A stretch of 31,773 bases of DNA from Actinomycetota bacterium (GTDB lineage: Bacteria; Actinomycetota; Thermoleophilia; Solirubrobacterales; 70-9), in contig VAYK01000013.1 in the NCBI GenBank assembly GCA_005884985.1, positions 1-31,773 of the forward strand, written 5' to 3'. The translations under genes were made by a program, and so were the position numbers. Positions 20,650 through 28,690 of the stretch are shown here, in pieces; positions within the stretch are counted from its first letter, which is position 1, and each line of letters opens with the position of its first letter. The notes under the pieces are model-generated. The model saw nothing but the letters and a program-made list of their open reading frames with translations. It was not told the DNA's origin and ran no database searches.

Positions 20650-21885
20650 TGGAGGATCGGAGAGCACCCGGTTGGCGAGCAGGCCGAAGGCCTCGATGCC
20701 GGTGGCAAGGTCGGGCTCGGGGGTGTCCTCCTGCTTGGCGTGGCTGATGCCGCTAGTGGAGGGACAGAAGACCATCGCAGCCGGCAGGACGCGGGCGACC
20801 TCGGCGGCGTCGTGGAGGGCGCCGCTGGTGAGCACGCGGTCCGAGCCCGCCGCTTCGCGGCAGGCCTCCCGCGCTGCGGCGATCAGACGCGAGTCGAACG
20901 GGATCGGCTCGATTCGCCACACCGGCTCCGATGCGTGCTCGCAGCCACGCTTCGCCGCCACCGCCTCGGCCGCGGCCAGGGCCTCGGCGAGCATCGATGC
21001 CAGCTCCTCGGCCTGGGGGTGGCGCAGGTCGATCAACAGCTCGGCCTCACCCGCCACCGCGGTCGGGATCCCGGGCCGCAGCGCGAGCGCACCGGTGGTC
21101 GCAACGCCGCCATGGCGACGGCCGATCTCCTCGACCCGCAGGGCGTACTCGGCCGCGGCGAGACCGGCGTCGCGTCGGCGGTCCATGGGCGTGGTGCCGG
21201 CGTGCGAGGCCTGGCCGCTGAAATGGAAGCGGTGACGCTCGACCCCGGCGCACCCGCTGACCGCGGCGGCCCGCAGGCCCTCCGCCTCGAGGACCGGCCC
21301 CTGCTCGATGTGGAGCTCGAGGTAGGCGGCGAGCCGCTCCTGGCGGCTGGCCGCCTCCGGCGCCCGATCCAGATCAACGCCGTTCTGCGCCAGCACGTCG
21401 ACGAGCATCCCGCCTTCTCGGTCGCGCAGGCCCCGCACCTCGGCGGGGTCGAGGGCCCCCGAGAAGGCGGAGCTGCCGAACAGGCTGCGGCCGAAGCGGG
21501 CGCCTTCCTCGTCGGCCCAGTCCACGAGCATCAGGGTCCGAGGCGGGGGGACGCCCGCCTCGGACCACGCCCTGAGCACGCCGAGCGCCGCCATCACCCC
21601 GAGCGCGCCGTCCAGCCAGCCACCCTCCGGCACCGAGTCGAGGTGCGACCCAAGCGCCAGCGCCGGCTCTTGCTCACCCTCCAAGGAGGCCCAGAGATTT
21701 CCGGCCGGGTCGGGCTCGGCTGTGAGGCCGATCTCGCCGAGCAGCTCGCCGAGCAGCGCCCGCGCCTCGCGCCACCCATCGCCCCAGCACAGTCGCTGCG
21801 CCCCGTCGGTCCCTCCGGTGCGGCGATCGAGCTCGCGCAGGTCGGCGATCGCCCGGCCGGAGTTGACCACGGGTCCGCCGCTCAT
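20227..21885 (-). CDS. Zn-dependent hydrolase, M20 hydantoinase/carbamoylase (allantoate amidohydrolase-like) family; family-like region ends ~20660, the rest is read-through
   Basis: LGSHLDSVPEGGWLDGALGV, WADEEGARFG, YLELHIEQGP, GQASHAGTTPM, SGALHDA, GISHAKQEDT. ATGA overlap with the upstream gene. Confidence 0.9.
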   Translation of the reverse strand: MSGGPVVNSGRAIADLRELDRRTGGTDGAQRLCWGDGWREARALLGELLGEIGLTAEPDPAGNLWASLEGEQEPALALGSHLDSVPEGGWLDGALGVMAALGVLRAWSEAGVPPPRTLMLVDWADEEGARFGRSLFGSSAFSGALDPAEVRGLRDREGGMLVDVLAQNGVDLDRAPEAASRQERLAAYLELHIEQGPVLEAEGLRAAAVSGCAGVERHRFHFSGQASHAGTTPMDRRRDAGLAAAEYALRVEEIGRRHGGVATTGALALRPGIPTAVAGEAELLIDLRHPQAEELASMLAEALAAAEAVAAKRGCEHASEPVWRIEPIPFDSRLIAAAREACREAAGSDRVLTSGALHDAAEVARVLPAAMVFCPSTSGISHAKQEDTPEPDLATGIEAFGLLANRVLSDPPTGMRAHGLHAERVEQLHERREVRVLGRPPNDRAAAPLELEVRARGHAQVREQGEQVLDPHQPQPGEDRPAPRGQLLERGAKPVQLGRVKPQPRGVAAAVPLIQLHGTVLKHGEALVDGRRTTEDAVADEDAGSTSAFVFR

Positions 21886-22778
21886 CCGCCCAGGCGCTGG
21901 CGGCGAAGCGCCTGCACCAAGCAGTGGGCGCCACCGCCCCCCAGCGTGAACATCGACAGGTCGAGCTCCTCGACGGTCAGCCCGCGGGCGCGCATCGACG
22001 CGTTCAGCGAGTCGGCTCCGGCAACCGAGAGCACGCGCTCGTCACCGAGCGAGATCGCGTTGGCGCCGAGCTGCAAGGCGTCCTCCGCGGACACCTCGAT
22101 CAGCTCGAAGCCGCGGTCCCGAAGCCAGGTCACGAAGCCGGCCGCCAGCACCTCGGTGCAGGCCGCGGCCAGCCGCTCCCCGAGGACCGCGAGCAGTACG
22201 TCGATGTGGACGAAGCGCTCGGGGATCGGCTCCACACGGACTTCCCACCCGTCCTCGGCCAGCCAGCCGGCGAGCTGCCGTGCCGCCGGCTCCTGGGTGC
22301 GATCCTCGCCGGCGCCGATCACAGCGCAGCCCGGCTCGAGGATCATCACGTCGCCCCCCTCCAGCGCCCCGGCCGTGATCATGCCGCGAATCGGGATCTC
22401 ACTGCCCTGGTAGAACCGGATCGCGGCCGCGTACTCGCCGCGCCGCCACCACTGGTGGAGCTGTGTGATCACCGCCCCGCCCGGGGTCATCGCGCTCGAG
22501 TCGCGAGCGAAGACCTGATATGGCAGCGCCGCGTCGGGCTCCAGGAAGTGGACCCGCACCCCTGCTTCCTGGTAGGCGGCGACCATCGCCGCGTGCTGGC
22601 GGCGCGCCAGGTCGCCGTCGAAGCGCCGCCCGCTCTCGAGGGTCGCGCGGGAGATCGCGCTGGTCGGCAGCCAGCGGAAGTTGTCGGGGCGGCAGACGAG
22701 CACGTCCCGCAGCCGTCCGTGCTCGGAGTCGACGCCCCAGGCGGGCTCAGGCTGTAGGGCCGCCGGGCCCTCGCTCAC
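21882..22778 (-). CDS. Amidinotransferase/pentein family (DDAH / arginine deiminase-like) hydrolase
   Basis: WGVDSEHGRLRDVLVCRP, QVFARDS, LEGGD, HIDV and GGGAHC catalytic elements. GTG 22778 overlaps the decarboxylase stop (GTGA). Confidence 0.9.
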   Translation of the reverse strand: MSEGPAALQPEPAWGVDSEHGRLRDVLVCRPDNFRWLPTSAISRATLESGRRFDGDLARRQHAAMVAAYQEAGVRVHFLEPDAALPYQVFARDSSAMTPGGAVITQLHQWWRRGEYAAAIRFYQGSEIPIRGMITAGALEGGDVMILEPGCAVIGAGEDRTQEPAARQLAGWLAEDGWEVRVEPIPERFVHIDVLLAVLGERLAAACTEVLAAGFVTWLRDRGFELIEVSAEDALQLGANAISLGDERVLSVAGADSLNASMRARGLTVEELDLSMFTLGGGGAHCLVQALRRQRLGG

Positions 22779-24229
22779 TCGCTGACCACCCGAATTGTGC
22801 GGAGGCTTCGGTCCACGGCTCCCCTCACCCAGCCGCCATGCTCGACCACCTCGTGGATGTAGTCGACGGTCTCCTGGGTCAAGCGCTCTCCGGGCAGCAC
22901 GTTCGGGATCCCCGGCGGGTAGGCGGCCAGGGACTCCGCGGCCACGCGCCCCACCGCCTCGTCGAACGGCACCACCTCCTGCGGCCCGAAGAAGGCCTCG
23001 CGCGGGGGCGCCTCGAGGCTCCCCCAGGGCGGCGGGGGCGTGAATGGCCGCTTCGGCAGCTGGGGCTCGGCCCCGAGGACCTCGACCGCCCGGCGCATGG
23101 CGGCGGCGAAGCGCCCTGCGCTCCGCGCCGCGTTCTCTCCCATCCCTAACGCCGCGACGACCACGTTCTCCGAGACCAGCTCGAGGTTGATGTCGTCCAG
23201 CTCGCGCATCAGCGAGGCGAGCCGCGTGCCGGTGCTGCCGGTAGCGCGGACGTCGATCGAGAGACGCAGCGGGTCCCAGCCATGGACCCCCGGGCGACCG
23301 ACCAGCCGCTCGTCGAGGACCTCCAGCCCTCCTATCCGCTGGACCTCGGCTCGGGCCCGCTCGACTCCCGCGAGAGTCTCGGCGAGCAGCTCCGTCCCGT
23401 GAACCGCCGCGTGTCGACGCGCGGCGTCCAGGGAGGCGGTGAGAAGGGCGCTCGGACTGGTCGATTCGGTCAAGGTCACGCAGCGATCGACCAGCAGCTT
23501 GTGCACCGAGGAGAGGACGAGGTCGGCATCGCACTCCAGCGCGCTCGCCGGCAGAAGCGGAGAGAAGCGCAGATGAGAGCCCCAGGCCTCGTCCACGACC
23601 AGCGGCAGGTTTCGGTCGTGGCAGACCTCAGCCAGACCGGTGACGTCGGCGACCGCGCCGAAGTAGGTGGGAGACACGGTCAGCGCCGCGACGGCATCCG
23701 GTGAGCGGTCGAGTGCCTCGGCGAGCGACTCCGGAGTCAGGCAATGGGCGACGCCGAGCTCGGCGTCGAGCTCGGGTGCGACGAAGCTCGGCTCCAAGCC
23801 GGCGAGGATGATCCCGTCGATGGTGCTCGAGTGGGCGTTGCGCTGAACAACGACGCGCTTGCCGGCGTGGCGAAGCGCGAGGCAGGTGCCGTGGTTGCCC
23901 TGTGAGGCGCCGTTGATCAGAAACCAGCTCCGCCGCGCGCCCCACGCCTTCGCGGCGAGGCGCTGAGCCTGCTGGAACGGGGAGTCCGCCCCGACGTCGA
24001 TGCCCTCGATCCCGGCGGGAACGTCACGGTCGAATGCCGCCTGGCCAAGCGCGTCGATCGCCGCCGGGTCCGCTCCGTGTCCCCCCTTGTGCCCGGGGAC
24101 GTGGAAGCGGCCGGGCCGGCGCTCCGCGTACTCGACGATCGCGTCCAGGTAGGGCGTCTGGTCCTGCTCGGTGCGCCCCTCCGTCGGGCGCCCGGCGCCC
24201 GTCGCCGATTGCAGAGCGTCCCCAGACAT
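22775..24229 (-). CDS. Orn/Lys/Arg decarboxylase (fold-type I PLP) with an apparent ~20-aa internal deletion
   Basis: RFHVPGHKGG, FLINGASQGN, QRNAHSS, SPTYFG, VDEAWGSH, SSVHK (PLP Lys), STSPS..L.ASLD, AYPPGIP. Confidence 0.9.
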   Translation of the reverse strand: MSGDALQSATGAGRPTEGRTEQDQTPYLDAIVEYAERRPGRFHVPGHKGGHGADPAAIDALGQAAFDRDVPAGIEGIDVGADSPFQQAQRLAAKAWGARRSWFLINGASQGNHGTCLALRHAGKRVVVQRNAHSSTIDGIILAGLEPSFVAPELDAELGVAHCLTPESLAEALDRSPDAVAALTVSPTYFGAVADVTGLAEVCHDRNLPLVVDEAWGSHLRFSPLLPASALECDADLVLSSVHKLLVDRCVTLTESTSPSALLTASLDAARRHAAVHGTELLAETLAGVERARAEVQRIGGLEVLDERLVGRPGVHGWDPLRLSIDVRATGSTGTRLASLMRELDDINLELVSENVVVAALGMGENAARSAGRFAAAMRRAVEVLGAEPQLPKRPFTPPPPWGSLEAPPREAFFGPQEVVPFDEAVGRVAAESLAAYPPGIPNVLPGERLTQETVDYIHEVVEHGGWVRGAVDRSLRTIRVVSE

Positions 24230-24310
24230 CCGCCGTGGACTCTAGTGCCGGGCCGGCCAGGGCCGTGGGATCAGACACCTAGGTCCCTGGTACCGTTCGA
24301 TCGTCCTCGT

Positions 24311-24394
24311 ATGGACGACGACCACCCTCCTCGAAGTACCAAGGACATAGGCGACGCCCGTAGTCCGGGCGAGCCTGCCCTGCGCCGGCCGTGA
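24311..24394 (+). other. Possible 27-aa upstream ORF coupled to the CNNM gene
   Basis: ATG 24311, [27 protein letters not shown]. Its TGA overlaps the GTG start at 24391 (GTGA). Confidence 0.3.
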
Positions 24395-25725
24395 GGGTCC
24401 TGCTCCTCATCCTGCTGCTGCTGCTCGTGGTGCTGAACGGGCTCTTCGTCGCCGCCGAGATCGGACTGGTGCGCTCGCGGCGGGCACGACTCGAGGTGAT
24501 GGGGAACGAGGGCGAGCGGGGTGCTCAGCAGGCGCTGCAGCAGATCAACCGCATGGCCGAGTTCATCGCCGCCTGCCAGGTGGGCATCACCCTGACCTCG
24601 ATCGGGATCGGGTTCCTCGGCGAGCCAGCGCTCGCGAAGCTGTTCGAGCCGGTGTTCGGCGGGCTCTCGCACGCCGTCGCCGCGACGATCTCCATCACGT
24701 TCGCCTTCCTCCTGGTCACCTCGATCCACATCACGTTCGGCGAGCTGACCCCCAAGCTGCTCGCGATTCCCCGCGCCGAGAGTACTGCGCGGCGACTCGC
24801 GCGACCGCTTGGTGCCTTCCGGGTCATCAGCGCGCCGTTCACGCTGGGGCTGACCAAGGTCGCAAGCGCGATCGTGGGACTGTTCGGAGCCCCGGCATCC
24901 CTGGACGAGCAGGCCAGCTCCGAGGATCTGAAGATCATCATCTCCCAGTCGCAGACTGGAGGCTCGCTCGACCCGGGAGAGGCGGTGATGCTCGGCGGCG
25001 TCTTCCATCTGCACGAGCAGGAGGCGCGCGAGGTGATGACGCCGATCCCCGCCGTGATCACCGTCAACGCCTCGGAAACGGTCGAGGAGGCGCTGCAGCG
25101 CTGCGTCTCCTCGGGTCACACCAGGCTGATCGCGATCGAGGACGACAACCCCGACCGAGTGCGGGGCGTCGTCCACAACAACAGCCTCGCGCGCCTCTAC
25201 ATGAACGCGGGCCCGGACACCTCGATCGAGCCGGCGATCCGCGAGGTGCCGATCTTCCCCGAGACCAAGCCGCTCGACGACCTGCTCGCCGAGCTGCAGC
25301 GCCAGCGCAGCTCGATCGCCGTGGTCTCGGACGAGTACGGCCGCACCGTGGGCATCGTCACCGTCGAGGACATCGTCGAGGAGGTGGTGGGGGAGATCGA
25401 GGACGAGACCGATCCGCGGGCCGCCTCGATGCGACGGCTCACCGACGGTGACTGGTACGTGCGGGGCCACATCTCCCTCGGCGATCTCGAGGACGTGGGG
25501 ATCCAGCTTCCGGTCTCCTCGGACGCCTTCAACTCGATCGGCGGCTACGTCTTCTCAGAGCTTGGTCGCCTGCCGAAGCGCGGCGACAGGATCGAGGCGA
25601 ACGGATACGAGATCAGGGTCGAGTCGGTGCGAGAGAACCGGATCGTCGCTGTTCGCATCCATCCGTCATCGACTGGCGAATTTCCCCGCCAGACGGGCAC
25701 GGGCGAGGCTCAAACCCGCAATTAG
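24391..25725 (+). CDS. Hemolysin/CNNM family protein (DUF21 + CBS pair + CorC_HlyC)
   Basis: [21 protein letters not shown]...[62 protein letters not shown]. Confidence 0.95.
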   Translation: MRVLLLILLLLLVVLNGLFVAAEIGLVRSRRARLEVMGNEGERGAQQALQQINRMAEFIAACQVGITLTSIGIGFLGEPALAKLFEPVFGGLSHAVAATISITFAFLLVTSIHITFGELTPKLLAIPRAESTARRLARPLGAFRVISAPFTLGLTKVASAIVGLFGAPASLDEQASSEDLKIIISQSQTGGSLDPGEAVMLGGVFHLHEQEAREVMTPIPAVITVNASETVEEALQRCVSSGHTRLIAIEDDNPDRVRGVVHNNSLARLYMNAGPDTSIEPAIREVPIFPETKPLDDLLAELQRQRSSIAVVSDEYGRTVGIVTVEDIVEEVVGEIEDETDPRAASMRRLTDGDWYVRGHISLGDLEDVGIQLPVSSDAFNSIGGYVFSELGRLPKRGDRIEANGYEIRVESVRENRIVAVRIHPSSTGEFPRQTGTGEAQTRN

Positions 25726-25805
25726 CGGCTTTCAGACCCCCTGGCTTCCGTCCGCGAACGGCTCTAGCTTGCGCGCAGTCCGGCTCATCTACCTGAGGGG
25801 CGACC

Positions 25806-26048
25806 ATGTGGGTAGTGAAGCTCACTGACAAGCAGCTCGAGGTCCTGAAGGCCATTCTTCGCGCCGAAGAGCATCTGGGGCCGGCGCTCCGCGGGGCGCT
25901 GGAAGCGCTCGACCTGGCCCGCTGGGATGACCTGCCCGAGGCGCAGCTTCCGTGGGAGGACGTCAGCGAGACGGCTCGCCGTCAGGGGATCTCGGAGGCT
26001 GACGTGATCTGGGACCTCGCCGGCAAGCGCAAGCGAACCGCCGCCTAG
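25806..26048 (+). CDS. Small hypothetical protein (80 aa)
   Basis: Fills an intergenic gap, GAGGGG RBS-like sequence upstream, host-like codons, helical amphipathic sequence. Confidence 0.7.
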   Translation: MWVVKLTDKQLEVLKAILRAEEHLGPALRGALEALDLARWDDLPEAQLPWEDVSETARRQGISEADVIWDLAGKRKRTAA

Positions 26049-26063
26049 TGGTACCACAGCCTC

Positions 26064-26870
26064 TCAGTCGTACTCGTAAAAACCAGCGTGGCTCTTGCGG
26101 CCAAGCTTGCCATTGCCGATCATCTCCTCGATCAGCCCGGGTGCGCGGTACCTGTCCTCCTCGGTGTCGGTGTAGAGGCTCTCGCCGATCGCCGCGGCGA
26201 CGTCTAGCCCGATGAAGTCGAGCAGGCGCAGCGGCCCCATCGGATAGCGCGCACCCAGCCGCATGCACGAGTCGACGTCGGCGGCATGCATGCCGGTGCG
26301 TTCCATCAGCCGCACGGCGTCGAACAGGTAGGGAAATAGCAAGCGGTTGACGACGAAGCCGGGTTGGTCCGGAACCTCGATCACGGTCTTGCCGAGCGCC
26401 CTGGCCCAGGCGCTCGCGCGTTCGCGCACCCCGTCGCGGGCGTGCTCCGGGACGCAAAGCTCCACCAGCTCCATCCGCTGCACGGGGTTGAAGACGTGGA
26501 AGCCGAAGATCCTGTCCGGATGGCCGCTCCGCGCCGCCAGCTCGGCCACCGGCAGCGACGACGTAGTGGTCGCCAAGTCGGCCTGGTGGCAGCAATCGCC
26601 GAGCTCCTGGAGCATGTCGACCTTGGCGTCGAGGTCCTCGATCACCGCCTCGACCACCAGGTCGGACTTGGAGAGGTCGGCGGGGTTGGTGGTCACGCGG
26701 ATCCGGCCCGGCCTCCCTCCCTCGACCTTCGAGCAATCAGCCTGGGCGCGCTCCTCCGCCCGCCAGGCCGAGACATCGCTTCGGGCCAGCAGCTGGACCT
26801 GGGCGATTGCCGAAGCGCAGGCGGCGAGTGCGCAACCGATCGCCCCGCTTCCGACCACCGCGGGACGCAT
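26064..26870 (-). CDS. 3-hydroxyacyl-CoA dehydrogenase family protein
   Basis: VVGSGAIG (GxGxxG), DLVVEAVIED, TTSS, GFHVFNPV, PGFVVNRLL, YPMGPL.LLDFIGLD, LGRKS..GFY. Confidence 0.93.
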   Translation of the reverse strand: MRPAVVGSGAIGCALAACASAIAQVQLLARSDVSAWRAEERAQADCSKVEGGRPGRIRVTTNPADLSKSDLVVEAVIEDLDAKVDMLQELGDCCHQADLATTTSSLPVAELAARSGHPDRIFGFHVFNPVQRMELVELCVPEHARDGVRERASAWARALGKTVIEVPDQPGFVVNRLLFPYLFDAVRLMERTGMHAADVDSCMRLGARYPMGPLRLLDFIGLDVAAAIGESLYTDTEEDRYRAPGLIEEMIGNGKLGRKSHAGFYEYD

Positions 26871-26957
26871 GTATCCATCCGAGCCGGTCACCCAACGTGG
26901 TTACTATCACGCCCCCGGCGGCACTGGGCTGGTCGCGCTGAGGGGTACCCTCCCTAC

Positions 26958-27404
26958 ATGGCGCAGCCCCAGAGGCGGCACGGTTCGGCGACGGCGACCG
27001 CCGGCATGGCCGCAACCCTCGTGGTCGCCGTGATGATGCTGGGCGCGGTGTCGATGTGGACGGTGATCCCGTTCGGATGGATCTGGGTCGGGTCGATGCT
27101 TTCGAGCTCCCAGCAACCGTCCGGCGGCCCCTACATGGTCGTCTTCGTCGGCATCGTCTGCTCGATCATCGCCATGGCCTGGGTGCTATCGCGGCTCAAC
27201 CGCCTCTATGCGCGGATCACGGGCAGCGCCAGCTTGCCGGGGCGCTACCTGCCGGCGTGGCGTAAGAGCCTCAGCGACGAGCGTGAGGGCCCCCACGGCA
27301 TCAGCGTGCTCGAGGCCGTGATCCTGGCCTCCGTGCTGCTGGCCGGAGCGGCGATGGCCATCTGGTTCTTCATCGCCGCCGGTTCCCCCCTCCCGAACCA
27401 GTAG
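26958..27404 (+). CDS. Hypothetical membrane protein (about 3 TM segments)
   Basis: ATG 26958 lies 6 nt after a TACCCT -10 box (26946-26951). Three hydrophobic segments; WRKSLSDER linker. Confidence 0.8.
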   Translation: MAQPQRRHGSATATAGMAATLVVAVMMLGAVSMWTVIPFGWIWVGSMLSSSQQPSGGPYMVVFVGIVCSIIAMAWVLSRLNRLYARITGSASLPGRYLPAWRKSLSDEREGPHGISVLEAVILASVLLAGAAMAIWFFIAAGSPLPNQ

Positions 27405-27435
27405 CCAGGAGCTCGGCGGTAGCCCGAAGCCGCCT

Positions 27436-27468
27436 GGTTGACTCGCCAGTCAACCGATCGGCTATCGT
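27436..27468 (+). promoter_or_regulatory. Thiolase promoter with a palindromic operator over the -35 box
   Basis: Perfect inverted repeat GGTTGACT-cgcc-AGTCAACC (27436-27455) containing TTGACT. TATCGT at 27463-27468 (19-nt spacer). GGAGG RBS at 27496-27500. Confidence 0.6.
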
Positions 27469-27508
27469 GCATGGAGGCGTCTCGAACGACTGAACGGAGG
27501 CATTCCGG

Positions 27509-28690
27509 ATGGCGAGCAACGGCAAGTTCCAGGGTCGCGAGGTGGTCATCGTGGAGGCCGTCCGCACGCCAATCGGCCGCGGTCACGAGGAGAAGGGCTA
27601 CTACAAGGACGTTCACGCCTCGAACCTTCTGTCGAGGACGTTCAAGGAGCTCGTCGACCGCGCCGGGATCGAAGCTTCCGAGGTCGAGGACGTGGTCGCC
27701 GGCTGCGTGCAGCAGTTCGGCGAGCAGGCCCTGAACATCGGCCGCAACGCCTGGCTCGAGGCGGGACTCCCGATCGAGACCCCGGCGACCACGGTCGACC
27801 GCCAGTGCGGTTCTGCGCAGCAGGCGGTCAACTTCGCCGCCGCGCTGATCGCCTCCGGCGTCCACGACGTCGCCATCGGCGGCGGCGTCGAGCACATGGG
27901 CCACCTCTCGTTCGCCGACGGGATTTCAGTCCAGCAGGAACACGGCTTCGCCTTCTCGCCGCAGCTGCTCGAGCGCTACAACCTCGTCCCGCAGGGGATC
28001 TCGGCCGAGATGATCGCCGACAAGTGGGAGATCCCCCGCTCCGAGCTCGACGAGATCGGCCTGCGCTCCCACCAGCTCGCCGCCAAGGCGACCGAGGAGG
28101 GTCGCTTCGAGCGGGAGATCATCCAGTTCTCGGTCAACGGCGACACCTACGTCACCGACCAGGGCATCCGCCCAGACACCAGTATCGAGAAGCTGGCGGA
28201 GCTGAAGCCCGCCTTCAAGGAGGACGGCAAGATCACCGCCGGCAACTCGTCGCAGATCTCCGACGGCGCCGCGGCCGTGCTGCTGATGACGCGGGAGAAG
28301 GCCGACGAGCTGGGGCTGAAGCCGCGCGCCAGGATCGCCGACGAGACCACCGTCGGCGTCGACCCGGTGATCATGCTGACCGGCCCGATCCCAGCGACGA
28401 ACAAGCTGCTGGACCGCAACGGCATGAAGATCTCGGACCTCGACCTGATCGAGATCAACGAGGCGTTCGCCTCGGTGGTGGCGGCGTGGCGGCGCGAGCT
28501 CGAGCCCGACATGGACAGGGTGAACGTGAACGGCGGCGCGATCGCCCTTGGACACCCGCTGGGGTCGACCGGCGCCCGCCTGATCACGACGCTGCTGCAC
28601 GAGCTGGAGCGCTCCGACAAGGAGTGGGGCCTGGTCACGATGTGCTGCGGCGGCGGCCTCGGCACCGGCACCCTGATCCAGCGCCTCTGA
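27509..28690 (+). CDS. Thiolase (acetyl-CoA C-acyltransferase)
   Basis: RTPIGR, RQCGS (Cys nucleophile), TAGNSSQISDGAAA, EINEAFA, GHPLG, TMCCGGG. Confidence 0.97.
   Translation: MASNGKFQGREVVIVEAVRTPIGRGHEEKGYYKDVHASNLLSRTFKELVDRAGIEASEVEDVVAGCVQQFGEQALNIGRNAWLEAGLPIETPATTVDRQCGSAQQAVNFAAALIASGVHDVAIGGGVEHMGHLSFADGISVQQEHGFAFSPQLLERYNLVPQGISAEMIADKWEIPRSELDEIGLRSHQLAAKATEEGRFEREIIQFSVNGDTYVTDQGIRPDTSIEKLAELKPAFKEDGKITAGNSSQISDGAAAVLLMTREKADELGLKPRARIADETTVGVDPVIMLTGPIPATNKLLDRNGMKISDLDLIEINEAFASVVAAWRRELEPDMDRVNVNGGAIALGHPLGSTGARLITTLLHELERSDKEWGLVTMCCGGGLGTGTLIQRL

Noticed and set aside
26048-26057. 10-bp palindrome gtggtaccac between convergent genes
   Set aside because: No loop and a 3'-3' position; probably chance.
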